From contig NC_043013.1 of assembly GCF_006345805.1 (NCBI RefSeq), positions 13,144,001 through 13,208,000 on the forward strand: a DNA stretch of 64,000 bases. Reading direction: 5' to 3'. The notes under the pieces are model-generated. The model ran no database searches. It saw only the letters and a program-made list of their open reading frames with translations, and was not told the DNA's origin. This document shows, one piece after another, positions 25,850 to 41,369 of the stretch. The stretch's first letter is position 1. Every line of letters starts with the position of its first letter. The stretch is from Octopus sinensis. Its lineage: Eukaryota. The translations under genes were made by a program, and so were the position numbers.

Positions 25850-27500
25850 GCTACCCTCTCTAAGTCCAGTTTGCCGTGGCTGGCCACTGATCTAAGAGAG
25901 AGTTTGTAGCTGCTGCCCTTAGGTTACCCTCGTACCTTGCAGTGGGTTCATCTGGGATCCGGAAAGCAGCTTGTCTAGATGTTTTTTGAAAATGCACATC
26001 CGCATCATGCAGATCTCTTAGTTTTCTTGGCAGTTGTTGAAAAGCTGAGGGCCCTGAACCCCAGGCTATTACAGTATCTGCTCCTTACCCTGGATGTGGA
26101 AGACGGGACCTTTGGCACCACACAGTGACGTCCTGTACGGGGATTGGAACAGCTCTCAATTCCAAAATTTGGTGCTAGTCCCTCCAGGATTTTCCAATAT
26201 ATATCACTGCATATCTCTCTCGTCTTCGTTCCAAGGAGTACAATTGAGTTCCCGAAGCCTCTCCCAATAGTTCTTTTCTTTCATGGTGGAAATCCTCTGG
26301 TGGTGAAATGTCTTTGGATTGTCTCAAGCTCTGTGGTTAGTTTGACACTATGCGGTGACCACAGTTGGGAGCAGTAGTCCAGGCGGCTTAGGACAAATGT
26401 CCTCCATAGTGTCAACATGGTCTCGCAGTCTCTTGTCCGGAATGTCCTCAGGATCCAGCCAGTGAGTCGTCTGCACATTGTCGCCACCTTCGCGATGTGT
26501 GAAGAAAAAAGATGCATCGTCACTCATGTCTATCCCCAGGTCCGGATTGATTTCGAAACTGGGATTTCGATCCCTCCTGGACCAGTATAGTTGTGTTGTA
26601 ATGTATATGTGTTTACAGCTTGATATTGTAAGGCTTGAAATTTACCAGCATTAAATTGCATGTTGTTGTCTTCAGCCCATTTGTATATGGCATCCAGATC
26701 TTGTTGTAAAAGGTCAGCATCAGCTGGGTTTTGATTGCCTGTGCTACCTTTGTGTCATCAGCATAGCTAGTGGGATGTTGTTTGTGCTACCAAGGGCATG
26801 TCAGAGAGCGCCACCAAAAACAGCAAGGGTCCCAAGACTGTGCCCTGTGGCACCCCGCTTGCTATTGGTGTCTTTCCCGAGAGGCTCCATTGGCTGCAAC
26901 CATCTGGCTTCTGTCCTTCAGGAAGTCATGTATCCACTCACCTACTTTTTCCTGTTATGCCGAGTCTGAGTAATTTGTGACATATCACTCGTGGTCGACT
27001 TTGTCAAAGGCCTTCGCAAAGTCGAGATATACCACATCCACCTGTGAGCGATCCAGTAGTGTTTCAGTACCCAGTCGTAGTGTTGTAACAGCTGCGTAAG
27101 GCAGCTTCTCCCTGGGCGAAAGCCATGCTGTGTGTCAGTGAGACGGTTGTTTCTTCGAGGAACGTGATCAGTTTTTTTTTGATGATTCGTTCCATGACCT
27201 TACTTATGTGTGACGTCAGGGAGACTGGCCTGTAGTTTTGGCCTCTGCTCTACTCCCTCCTTTTGGATAGGGCATATGGTGCCTTCTTTTAGCGCCCTGG
27301 GCAGTTTACCGTTAGCCAAGGAACCACTGAAGAGCTTCTTCAGTGGTCCCGCTAGGGCATGCCTGCATGTTTTTAGGAGGACTGCTGGGAATCCATCTGG
27401 TCCAGCAGCTGAGTTTATTCTCATTTTTCTATGGCAGATATTACATCCCTCTCTGTTATGTCTATGTGGTCGATGGTTGTTGTTTGGTTTTGGAGTGTTG
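25850..27500 (-). mobile_element. CR1-clade LINE RT fragment
   Basis: AAGPDGFPAVLLK, RPVSLTSHISKVMERII, YLDFAKAFDKVDH, VPQGTVLGPLLF, ASYADDTKV, SRLDYCSQLWSP. Confidence 0.9.
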
Positions 27501-27504
27501 TGGT

Positions 27505-29340
<1,836 letters not shown>

Positions 29341-29779
29341 TATTCAAAGGAATTCCAACTCTGTCTGTTTTTACGTTTTATCTATATTCTTTAAAATGTA
29401 ATGTAGAATATAGAATATATAGTATAAATAGTATATATAGTAAAATGAAATGAAGTATTGATTGTTCTTATTGAATAGATGATGAAATCCTGAATATCAA
29501 ATATTAAGGGACTAGTATACTTTTTGCATTTAAGCAGTTTTCAAGGTCTCAGGTTGTGACAGGAATGTTCAACTGTACTTGACTGTCTGTCTTTGTTCTA
29601 TATACGTTCCTGTGGACAGCAGTAGTGGTTGCTTGGCTAATTTAGTTAAGATGATGCCAAACCATTTTTCAGTGTTTCTTCTTAGAAATGATGAAGCAGA
29701 ACTTTTAGGGATTTTTGTTTTTAGGTATAGGGATAAGGATTTTAAACCTTAAAAGATTTAATTAACCTTGTTTATTTAG

Positions 29780-30600
29780 CTTTCGGTTTGAATTTCTTAA
29801 TTTCTCTCAGTTTTCTCTCGATTTGTTCAGATTGTATAGTTTAGTTTATGAAATGGAAATATCATAAATTTTTTCCGACCACAATGTTGCCAGATGGGTT
29901 ACGCAGTTGGTATCTGGCGGACTTCTGGATTTTTTTAATTTGTCTCGATGCATACGCGAGCGTTCTGATAGTGCATTGCCTGTCTGGCGCCAACATACAG
30001 TTCTTCACAATTTGGGCATTTGATGCAGTAGATTAGTAGATTAAATTTCTGCTTTTGCAGTTCATGTTCACGTTTGTGAATATTTTTCCCTTGCTTTTAT
30101 GTTCATACATGGGCCAGCATATGAATTAATTGGCATGTACCACATCAGCTATCATTGCATTTAGACAACAGTGAATGGTTGATCTTGTTGCTAAGGTCAA
30201 ACCTTGCCTTAGTTAATAACTTTTTTAAGCTTTTAGGCTGTCTCTCTTGCTGAGAGTTATAGTTTGATCTGTAATGATATTTCTCAATTCCTTACTTTAT
30301 GCAATGATTGTAGGTTTGCGTTAGCGATATTGAAGATGTTCTGGCGGCATGGATTGTGTGTCCACTATCAAATGGCATAAATTGTGTTGTCTTGTTTTTC
30401 TCTTCTTTGCGGTTGTTTGTCCTCAGTTGTTGTATGGGTATTTTCATAGGCCTGCTGAATACCATTTTCTATAAGTAGTTTTGTTTGAGCAGAAATTCTT
30501 TCAGTTTCATCAGGCACTGATTTTGAATATCGACTGATGGTTTATTTTAAAATCTATATTAAAGGTAACGTATTTCAGACGGAACTCAGTGGCAAGTAAG
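29780..30600 (-). mobile_element. Penelope-like element remnant (RT C-terminus and GIY-YIG endonuclease)
   Basis: Frameshifted LIYCIKCPNCEELYVG..TGNALSER, FMIFPFHKL, RQPKSLKKLLTKARFD. Confidence 0.8.
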
Positions 30601-30602
30601 AT

Positions 30603-30639
<37 letters not shown>

Positions 30640-31393
30640 TATTTATTTTATCAATTCATGTAATGAACCATTAATAAATTGATTTTAATTTCTCTTCCTG
30701 AGAAAAGTAAAATTACATAGGTAAAATATGTATTTTAAAGATTGTTTACTGAAAGTTTTTAAAATTTTATGCTTGTAAAATATTCATTGTTTGTTTTACT
30801 AACATTTTCACCAGTCTTTCCTCTCTCTTGCATTCTCTATGTGTCTATACATACACACACATAATTATAAATTGTGCAAAGGTTATAAAAATTACAACAC
30901 AATGGCAGCGTAAAACAAAAACACAGAGTTGGTAAAACAAAAACACAGAGTTGGTAAAACAAAAACACAGAGTTGGAAAAAAGCAGTAAGAAGGAATAAT
31001 CTGTAATATTTCGATTATTGGCTCATCTTCTGAAAGATAGGAGAGACATGGAAATACCAAAAAGGAAAAGGTAAATTGGAGAAATTGAAACACACATGTA
31101 TCTAACTATCTCAGTATGATGGATAACTGGAATTAGTCTGGCATATGTGTGTGTATATGTGTGTGAGTATATATGTGCACTTTCTTGCTTGCTTCTATGT
31201 ATAGATAAGGCTATTGTGTACCTGTATATTCTCTGTGTGTGTATGTATGTTTATATCTGTTGATATGTTTGTGTATGAATAGTATGTAGAAATGTGTGAG
31301 GCGGGTGGTGTGTGTATGAAGAAGGGGTGGTAGGTAAATAAAGAGCATTGAGTACTAAGATGGAAGAAAAGTATGCACAAAAAATTAATTCCT

Positions 31394-31471
<78 letters not shown>

Positions 31472-31499
31472 GAGTAAGGGTGCAGAGCAGCATCTACAT

Positions 31500-32420
31500 T
31501 GCTTGAAGCAAGAGTCCAAGACATTTTAGTCATGAACAAAGCACATTTCTCTGTGAGGGAGACAAACTTCTCACAGCAAGTGAGGGCATCGGATTGAGAT
31601 AGGACAACCAATTTCACATGAAATTCATGCTCATCCATAATACTACTCCATTGCTAATGGTTAAGCTGAAATCTCACCTGTCAGTATATAGACATTGGAA
31701 AAATGCATGCAGGACAGTTTTATCATCTGACAGCGTTTCTGTAGCTGAAGTGGCACAGATCTCCAGTAGAACTGCCAGGCCAAAGATTCCTGGAAGATCT
31801 CCACAGGACCCAGCCCAAAAAGCCCTCAAAGAGAGCTCGTTAGCTGATCCTCCAGAGGTCCAGAATTGCTCTGAGGACGTTGCCGCTTTTTGCCCGCTAC
31901 TAATCTCCTTTAGAAGTCTACAGTGGAACTTCTACCGACCGCATTGGCCTAACTGGCACAAACTTGTGAGCGTTTGCCAATCGTCCTTTTCTTGGCCTTT
32001 GCATGAACTAGGAGTGCAGCTCTGTCAATGAGACAAACTGTGGAAAGTCCTTGAACCCGAAAAATGGTGACCACGCCCACTGACCGTTAAGAAAGTGCTG
32101 AACCTATGCAGCCTCAGTGCATGTCTGTGCATCATTAGTCATGGAATACCCACTCCTCCACTCAATGACTGTTGACTGAAGATGGACGTCGGACAAGAGG
32201 AACACATGCCCTTGCACAGAATTAGGAGAGCCAGCGCATCCAATGTGATCAGACACAAAGTGATGCAAGAGACGACTGTCAGACTGTAGATAGATGACGG
32301 AAGTGAAGTATGTAGTCGCCATCTCCACCTGACCCTTCATAGACAACTCCATCTCTGCCCATTTCTTGATGAAATGGCCCCCTGCTCATCAACACCCCAT
32401 CAGTTCTTGACCACATGGAG
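31500..32420 (-). mobile_element. Tx1/L1-like LINE C-terminal fragment
   Basis: DKTVLHAF after a cysteine motif; shares GPGP..FQ..LAW segment with 18620-19440. Confidence 0.55.
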
Positions 32421-32639
32421 TTCTAGACCACAAACTGGATCACGAGCAGCTTAACTGGTCTTCCGTTCAATCACATTTCAACACTGTCATGGCATGGCCT
32501 GCCTATTCGTCTTCCACTTATAATTAAACATCAGAAATATCTCATTTTGAGAACAATTTATCACCATTTTAATTTCGAGAATATTTCATCTGGGCTATGT
32601 TATGGGCAGTTATACTGTCTTAAAATTTATTAGTCACGT

Positions 32640-33890
32640 CGATAAATTGCACATACAATGAACTTTATTATTATTCTTGTTACATACATATTTGAGAATA
32701 GACGATATGTTCAATCATTCCCATTTTGTCCAGTCTTTCTAATTGTTCCAGGGCAGCACACGATATATTGCGTTTGGGTTTGAAAACTGGTAATGAATTT
32801 CCCCTTACCTGAAATTTGGCTTAAAATTTATTGCACCAACCCAACTCATCCGAAAAATTATCAGTGAACAACCTTTTCACTTCTTTTAACAATATTTCTG
32901 ATTCTGAATTAGAACTGGTGCACAACTGCATTACATATTTATGATAATTATTTATGGGTAAATCCGATAAGTTGAACAATTCTATCCAGTCAGTTATAAA
33001 AAGGTTGCTCGTATGATTTTAATACATAAGCTTTCGCTTTTATAATCGTACTGCGAAATTTAATGCTACAGATAGTTTCACCTTTAAAATTTAATTTAAT
33101 TCCTGAGACTCCACGTGCAATTTTCGAGGTTTCTTGTAACGTAGGTTTCCCAATAGTTTTCCATGTGGTTTCATTAACTAAAGTAATGTCACTACCTGCA
33201 TCTTACTGTAATTTTACATTTGTGTTATTAATTTTTACATCCCCAAATTTCTTTTGAGTATCGTTTGTATTTCCTGTCACTGATAAACAATTTACATGAT
33301 TTTTTTTGTTGAACTATCTTCTAAGTTTTGTTTTAGAGTGTGATTTTTTTTTACCTATCTTACCGCATTTGAAGCATTTTTGCCAGTCGAATCTGTTGTG
33401 TAATTCTCCACATCCAAAACATGGGTTAATTTTCTACTTTTCATTTCTTACTTTAAGCCACACTGACTGTAAATTTTCTCCTTTACATTACTTACTTTTG
33501 TTTGCAACGACTGTAAATGAGAGCAATTTCTTATACTAATTTGTTCTGTATCGTGCCTTAGACTTATTATTCTCAGGCATTCCTCGGATATTTCTTGTAG
33601 AGTTAGCTTCTGATTCTGCTCTAATTTAGTCAGAATTCGGCTATGAATTTCCGCATCTTTCTTTGCTGTAAAACCTTATAAGAAAATTAAGCATTCAAAC
33701 ATAATTCAATTTTGGTATGAGAAGTGGTATTAATTTTTTAATTTTGAATCACTTCCATTTCCTATTAACGATTCCAGCATATGTAATAAAATCTTTGTCC
33801 TCCTTTTTGTAATATTCATGCATTGCCAGCGTGTATTAAATAAAGAGCATTTTTCATGGAAAATCTTTGACAGCATGTTCACCATTTCTT
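32640..33890 (-). mobile_element. Ty3/Gypsy gag-protease-RT remnant
   Basis: GFTAKKDAEIHSRILTKLEQ; PCFGCGELH..CFKCGKIG knuckle; LQ*DAGSDITL protease motif; KPKRNISCAALEQLERLDKMG. Confidence 0.8.
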
Positions 33891-33913
33891 CAGAATAGGT
33901 TTCACCTTTTTAT

Positions 33914-34277
33914 TCTTTTACTTGTTTCAGTCATTTGACTTCAGCCATGCTGAAACACCGTCTTTAGTCGAACAAATCAACCCCAGGAACTTATTCTTTG
34001 TAAGCCTAGTACTTATTGATCGGTCTCTTTTGCTGAACCGCTAAGTTACGGGACATAAACATACCAACATCAGTTGTCAAGCGATGGGGGAAGGACAAAC
34101 ACACACACACACATAAAGGACGGGCTTCTTTCAGTTTCCGTCTATCAAATCTACCCACAAGACTTCAGTCGGTTGAGGCTATAGTAGAAGATAGTTGCCC
34201 AAAGTGTAATGCAGTGAGACTGAACCTGGAAACGTGTGGTTGGGAAGCAAGCTTCTTACCACAAAGCCACTCTTGCT
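33914..34277 (-). mobile_element. tRNA-headed SINE, near full length
   Basis: TCTTTTACTTGTTTCAGTCATTTGAC...GCAAGCTTCTTACCAC; same family as 621-770 and 46942-47332. Confidence 0.85.
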
Positions 34278-34559
34278 CGGCTGGTGCCAACTTTCTCAAA
34301 AATAGTCAAATTTTGTCAATGAGGAGGTCCAACAAAACCTGTGATAAACAAATAATAATAATAATAATAATCTGATAGCACAGGAATCTAAGGCCCAAAC
34401 AATAATACTAGTGATATCAGTAATAATGATAATGAAAGGAGTGAGTAGAGTCTCCCCGAGTCTCTCCATGTCCTGATTAATGATACATCTAGTGATGGTG
34501 TCACAATAAAAACACTGGTAATTGCGCAACCTGATAATCACTACCTCATATGAGTGACA

Positions 34560-34842
34560 ATGAATAAACAAAATATCGTGAATAATGATGGTAATGAAAC
34601 TGAAGCCACTGACAGTGACAGTAGTACACCCGGTGGGCTTAGAGATTCTGGAAAGGGGCCACCTCACACGGCATAGATGGAGCAAGCAAATTAATGCTGT
34701 GTTCATGGTGTGTTACTACCTAAGCAACCCAGTAGATGAAAATGCTGCTCAACAAATAGGGACTGCAATAAGGGTGGAGCACTTGCAGAAAACAGCACGG
34801 CTTGGAACTACTCGAATACTCCGGAAGGTGCTTGAAAAATAA
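34560..34842 (+). mobile_element. 3' end of a restriction-like-endonuclease (RLE) non-LTR element
   Basis: LQKTARLGTTRILRKVLEK*; comparable to the end of 51710-52399. Confidence 0.55.
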
Positions 34843-34899
34843 GATGTGTTACCTTAGTTCACTGGTAGTGAACAGCTGACACTGTTGTACATCTCCAGC

Positions 34900-35280
34900 G
34901 TTAGAAGCTGTGCAAAGGCACTAATAATAATAAAAGAAGCATCAGATGTGGTGTGCAAGAGAGATGACCGTGCTGGTATGGTCATGTGGCAAGAATGGAT
35001 GAGGATAGCTGTGTGAAAAAGTGCCACACCCAAGCAGTTTAGGGAACCAGTGGAAAAGGTAGACCCAGGAAGACCTGGGATGAAGTGGTGAAGCACGACC
35101 TTCGAACATTAGCCTCACCGAGGCAATGACTAGCGACCGAGATTTTGGAAATATGCTGTGCTTTGAGAATACCCGGCAAGCCAAGCCAAGTAGACCAAAC
35201 CTCATGGCCTATGCGGGGTGTAACGGCCACTATGCATAACCTTTCCTTCATTGGAAACTAAACTCTGCTTGTGAAGACCT
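34900..35280 (+). mobile_element. RTE LINE 3' fragment
   Basis: WYGHVARMDEDSCVKKCHT...GRPRKTWDEVVKHDLRT. Confidence 0.8.
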
Positions 35281-36603
35281 GTTGGTCAAACTATTGTCCA
35301 AAAAGAAGTGAAGAAATTGTCAAGGTACAAAAATCTAAGTTACTAATTAGTTTGTCTAAACTAACAGATGTCACTCTGGCATTCCTTTTTAGAGGAACCC
35401 ACATGTCATGGATGATAGCTACTGTTAATTCCTGTTTGACCAGCATTCTAACACAATCCCTGACATCATTCCGTGCTGAGAACTGTAAAGTTCTTGAATT
35501 TGTGTTCGGGGAAGCCAGCAATCTGAATCTGTGAACAATTCATATCATGGTCACATACTACCCTAATGAAGACCCTCTCTAAATATGACCTGCATGATCC
35601 ACTGCAATTTGACCAAGTTCACAAGACCGTATTCAGGATATCGAGGCAAAGTCTATCAGATATTTAAGAATACTTAAGAAGTTATATGAGACTTTGGTAT
35701 TTCACTCCCACATCAGCTTTTCTCATATAATCTTTGCTTGAATCCGATTAACACTAATGACCGGGATGTTACTACAGTGGTTGTGCAGTTGTCGGTATTT
35801 TGTTAAGAATATCATTTATTTCCTAATGTGTTACTGCTTTGATATACCACTGACAAACTGATAAAAGAGAAGCTCATAAAATGTGGTCCTTTCTTACTCG
35901 TACTTGTGTCTATCTTTTCTATGAGCTCTATTTTTTTGTACTCCAGTATTTGAGAATTTGCGATGTATGCAGGGTTACACAATATCTTAAGGATCTTTCT
36001 TTAATTGTCCCATGTAGTTTGCTATACATTCTGGGTTTGTTATTGAATAAATTTCTCTTGATTGCACAAATAAATCATTTTGTTTTTATTTTGAAGAGCT
36101 GCTTTTTTTCCCAAACAACGTATATCTTATCGTTCTGACAGATTTAAACATAAATGACTGTTGGGCCTGCCACATGTTTCTATTCTTGTTTCTGTTGCTA
36201 TTTTGTAGTTTGGTCTTTATTAATATTGTTTCATTGATTTATAGATAGAAAGATTTTCCTCCCTCCTTTTATTTGTGATAAGGTTCTCAGAGTATTTTAC
36301 TCTTTTTGCTTTTAAATTAAATTTACTCATGTCAAGCCACCTGATTTTGAAAAATAGGCATGTACGTGTGCACACACACACACACACAATTTGAACATTT
36401 CAAACTAAAAAGGAAAGAAATCAAAATGAATTCGTTCCTTCAGTACATTATTTGTGCGTGTTGGGATTATTAGATGTGGTTATTCTTCTTTCTCTCTTGC
36501 TTGCTACTGTTCTATATTCACCCCTTCAAATTTATATTCTATTAAACCCTTGTTTTAATAGCTATTTTTTCAGTAGTTAGCATGATTCTGTTTTATTTTC
36601 TAG

Positions 36604-36629
36604 TGTGGAAGAAGAAAGAAGAATAATGA
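36604..36629 (+). CDS. Candidate 26 bp microexon
   Basis: ttttattttctag|TGTGGAAGAAGAAAGAAGAATAATGA|gtaagt; CGRRKKNN in phase 0 to 2; no homology support. Confidence 0.3.
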
Positions 36630-37039
36630 GTAAGTAGACAGACATTTCCAGATAATTTTTATTCATCATATTTCGAAACCCCACTAAACAACTAAACCTT
36701 TGAATATCTGATTCTTAAAGAATTTAAATATCAATTTTTATTCTTATATATTTGGACAATTTAAACAATAATAAACAACCTCAAGACAATTAGAGCATTA
36801 ATAACTTAAAGTTAATTTCGTACAAATTATAAATACCATAAATGCCTAATCACTACATGATGTTGAAAGAATTGGAAAAGGAAAATGTAAGGTAAAAGGC
36901 TAATAATAATGAGATACCATCATTACAATAAAGCAACTAATACAATATAGTCCAAGAAAATATTCTCCAGATAAACTCCCTGAGATGCAGAGAGTATGCA
37001 GCACAGATATTCACTATTACATTCGTAGATAATTTGAAA

Positions 37040-37700
37040 CAATGAAACAACTGAAATTTGTTAAAGACTTTATTAGAAGACCGTATTTCATGTATTTTGG
37101 AGTGAAATTAAGTGATCAAAACAAACTCTGAATCATTTCATTTACTGAACTTGTAATATAAATCTGAAGCAATGGACCAAAAATAAAAGAAAGAGAATGA
37201 GTTTTATTGGACAAGTGGTCTGCTGAGAACTAACAAATCATTTTTGACAATTCCTATTTTTGTATTTTTTATGCTGGATACAAATCGAAAATGAATTACT
37301 CTTGTTCTTGACATTTAAAGCTGAGCCTCTCTGACCTGATTGTATGTTGTTATATCTAATAAGTTTTAATGATCTGGAAGTCCTGTGAACAAAACTTATG
37401 CACAACCTGCTGATCTAGACTGAATTAAATGACTTAGTGTGTAAGTTAGATCTTCAGTGACATCAGCAAAATGATTAAGCTCCAGCTTGAATCAAAATAT
37501 CCTCCTAGCTTTGAGAAACAGAATTTGGTTTTTATTGACAAGAGGAAAACATTTTGCAGTTCTTCAGTATGGAAAGAGCACTGTTTAATTTAAACAGTTT
37601 AATTAATGGGCTTAAGATAACACTAATGATAGATAGCCAAATAAGAATTTTTTTTAATGTTTTGAGAAAAACTCTAGCATTCCTAAAAGCTGAGGAAAAG
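37040..37700 (+). mobile_element. Decayed DNA-transposon-like coding remnant (family unassigned)
   Basis: YFGVKLSDQNK..., ELNDLVCKLDL, FFSMERALF resemble a widespread invertebrate transposase-like family (recalled, not searched). Confidence 0.45.
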
Positions 37701-38794
37701 CATCAATCAAAATTGATGATATTTGGGATGATGAAATACAAACATATCAAACAGTTGTTGTTTTCTAGCAATAGAACAAAACGAAAATTCAACAATCCAA
37801 GAAAGGAGATCTGCTTTCTTTAACAGTGCACATACTAACCTGACACTGTTTTTTTTTTCTATTATTCTAATTCTTCAGATATTGAATTAACATAAAACGT
37901 GAACATTGATGGCTGAGAGTGAATTTTATCTACAATATAGCAGTGTTAAACTATTATATGTATTATCTCGATGATACTTGGTGTATTTCACTGTTTCATT
38001 ATGGCAGGATAATGCAAGGGTGACTACATTTCTGTTATGAAAATATACCAACTTTTAATAAATTTATACAAAATCTAATTTTCATAAATGTACACATAGT
38101 GCTGTGCTACATGTAAATAAAAAGAGCTCAGTATTTCTTTAAAATAGTTAAAATGACTTTTCTGTTTATTATACTATATAAAAGCAACACCACTTCTACT
38201 TATATGTGCGTTTTGTGTTCACCATATTAATGAAATATAAAACTGTTTTTTGAAAAGTCTTGTCATGATATCATCATCATCATCATCATCATCATCTCAT
38301 CATGATCAACATTCTGTATGTATTATGTATGTATGGATGTGTCTATGTATCAATGGTTTCAAGCTATTTATTTTCATCCTCAGTAGAGGACCCGTCTGCT
38401 AGAGATAGCAGTAGTTCATTCCACCACGGAGCTCAAGTAGCTTGAAATTGGAGGGTCAAGTGGTCATGTCATCTGCTACAAGATAATAAGGGTTTGCTTG
38501 CCTGCTTGAAATATATATTGGGTGCAGATTGCCTCACTAACCAGCTGTAAACATTATATGTAAACATTGGCAAAAACACACCTTTAGTGCATATAAGTAA
38601 TCTCTATCATTATATATAATTTAAACATTAATTTCCTTTGTATTTAACATTCACTATTAATATCCCTACTCTTTCTGTAAGCTACTTCTGACGTTATATT
38701 ATATAACGTTTTTTAAACAATATTAATAGCGTTCAGTTAATCACTATACAAATCCATCATTTTTTGCTAAAATGTCTTATTGACGAGTTTCGTT

Positions 38795-38889
38795 TTTTCA
38801 CTTCCTGAAGAGAAGATTGCATTGTTTATACCATTTATTCTTTTGAATAATATCAGTGGAATTTTCGAAACATGTGTCGAAAGTAAAAA
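38795..38889 (+). ncRNA. Minimal hammerhead ribozyme-like motif
   Basis: CTGAAGA-GAAGATT..AATTTTC-GAAAC-ATGT-GTC-gaaagtaaaaa; stem II 7 bp; stem I partly disrupted. Confidence 0.55.
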
Positions 38890-40000
38890 TATTTGATTTA
38901 TACCTGAGTTAAACTCCAGGTATATATTTATTCATATGTATCATCATCAACATCATCATCATCATTTAACGTCTGATATATATATATATATGTATTTAAT
39001 ACTGGGATTTTAACAACTGTTGTTCTTATAGAACTTACATATACCCGAGAAAGAATACTAGAACCATTTTACGACTGATTAGCAAAGTTACCTAATGTAG
39101 CTACCTGGCAAAGTAATCCGTGAAAAAGATCTCTTTTGAATTCTCTTGTCCAAGCAAGCAAGAAAAAGAAAAATTAATCCTACAAATGGATGAAAGATAC
39201 TAAAAAAATATATATATATATATATACAGCTAAATATACAATATACCTCGTTTATGAGGTTTAATTAAATGTATATAGAGAATAGATTGAATTATAAACA
39301 GTACCAAATTACTTTTTTATATTCTGACTTAATTTTCCTAATTTATGAGTATTGTAATAATATTTAATGATTGTTCATGCAAAACATAGAATTACTCAGA
39401 ATATGGGACTTGACTATACAGTGTAAAGGAATATACATTTTCATAGGACTTCCTATGAAGTAATCCTACTTCCTAAAATTGACATCTTTGAAAGGTCACC
39501 AGTCCTTGTGAGAAAATGTGTTTATTAATAAATATGTTGATAGGTATACAATGGAAAGAAGAAAGAAAGGAGAAACAAAAAGAAAAGAGCTTTGTAATGT
39601 AATTTCGAGGAATTGACCACATTAAATTAAAAAGAAACCTCCATCTATCTATATATCTATCTACTTTAACTTCTATCTATGTATGTATGTATCTGTGTAT
39701 CCTTTCCCCCTCCTATGTTATTATTCTTTCTTCTCTTTCTTGAGTTTCCTGAAACCACTCTCTCTATCTATTTCTCCACCTCTTTGCTTTTCCCCAAAAA
39801 ACAAACACAGTATTCTCCTTTTCTAAACAAAGCAAAACAAAAATCTAATTCATATAAATGAACAGCAAAATCTTCAGTTTTTACCATTTTTATTTTGATG
39901 TTGTTTTGATGAGCTAGAAAAACGAACAAAAGCACTAATAAAGGATTATCCAAAATTCCTACTGTCCCCTTTTCTCTAAACATATGAGTGTATGTATATA

Positions 40001-40515
40001 TCTATATATATAAAACTGTAGTTGTGTGAGTGTCTGTCTCCTACGATTTAGATTCCTAACTCCTCCCACATTTTGCGGTGCAGTTTAACCAAATTCGGGT
40101 ATCTTATAGTCGTGATTAATATCGAGCCCGTCTGGCTATTAGCGCGCGTCTACGATGAGTCTACGATTTTAAAAATAATTTAACATCATTTTTTATTCCA
40201 TTTTAATGCATAATTTTTCGTGTGTCGATGGCGGCGGAGTTGGCGTCCACGCTCAAAACCTGCACCTGTGTTTGCTTCTCCCCCTTCTTCCCTCCCTCGT
40301 GAAGTTGTGGGGAAGGGATTTTAAGGAAATCAACGTCGTAATGCGTTGTCAAGGAGACCAGCGTTCTTTTAGAACAACGACTTCATGGCTGAAGACAACA
40401 AAACAGAAATGGCTAAGAAAGCCCGAATTGGCATCTATAAAGGAAGTAACTCTCTAAAAATGCTTATATAGTTATTTCCCTTACAAACCCGAGCAACGCC
40501 GGGCGAAACTGCTAG
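40001..40515 (+). mobile_element. Non-autonomous Helitron, copy 1
   Basis: A|TCTATATATA start; 3' hairpin CCCGAGCAACGCCGGG then CTAG. Confidence 0.9.
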
Positions 40516-41038
40516 TCTATATATATAAAACTGTAGTTGTGTGAGTGTCTGTCTCCTACGATTTAGATTCCTAACTACTCCCACATTTTGCGGTGCAGTT
40601 TAACCAAATTCGGGTATCTTATAGTCGTGATTCATATCGAGCCCGTCTGGGTATTAGCGCGCGTCTACGATGAGTCTACGATTTTAAAAATAATTATATC
40701 ATTTTTTTTCCATTTTAACGATATTTTTTCGTGTGTCGATGGCGGCGGCGGAGTGGGTCCATGGTCACACCTGCACCTGTGTTGCTTCTCCCCCTTCTTC
40801 CCTCCCTCGTGAAGCTGTGGGGAAGGGAGAGTTTAAGGAAATCAACGTCGTAAAGCATTGTCCAAGGACGACCAGCGTTCTTTTAGAACAACGACTTCAT
40901 GGCTTGAAGACACCAAAATTACCATCATTTTTATTCCATTTTTAATGCATTTTTTTGCTATTTTTTTGCTATAACTCACTAAAAAGCTTATATAGTTATT
41001 TCCCTTACAAACCCGAGCAACGCCGGGCGATAAGCTAG
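40516..41038 (+). mobile_element. Non-autonomous Helitron, copy 2 (head-to-tail with copy 1)
   Basis: TC start immediately after copy 1 CTAG; same hairpin; CTAG|T end. Confidence 0.9.
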
Positions 41039-41072
<34 letters not shown>

Positions 41073-41289
41073 ATATATATATTTGTAGTAGGGGAATGAA
41101 TTATCCTATGTTTATCGTCAGCATGGAAAATTCGTTAAACCGAAACCTGGTAGCAAATTTCCGTCAGAAAACACGGTTGAAGCGACCTGTCAAGGGTAGA
41201 AACTCCGGATTCATGTGTAGAAATTTGTGTGTTGTATATGAATAAATGAAAGAATGGAGTCGAACGAAGTTGTTAACAAAATTCCTTTA

Positions 41290-41369
41290 CTCTCGACACA
41301 TGTTTCGAAGACAGCATATTTCATTCCGAAGGAATAAAGGGTGCATTATGCAATTTCTCATCAGGAAAG
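41290..41369 (-). ncRNA. Minimal hammerhead ribozyme motif
   Basis: ctttc-CTGATGA-GAA..gcata/tatgc..TTC-GAAAC-ATGT-GTC-gagag; intact core; palindromic ACATGT at stem III. Confidence 0.65.

Noticed and set aside
30579-30595. 17 bp microexon candidate (DGTQWQ, cag|...|gtaag), in frame with exon F
   Set aside because: It lies within the antisense Penelope remnant and has a weak pyrimidine tract; likely chance
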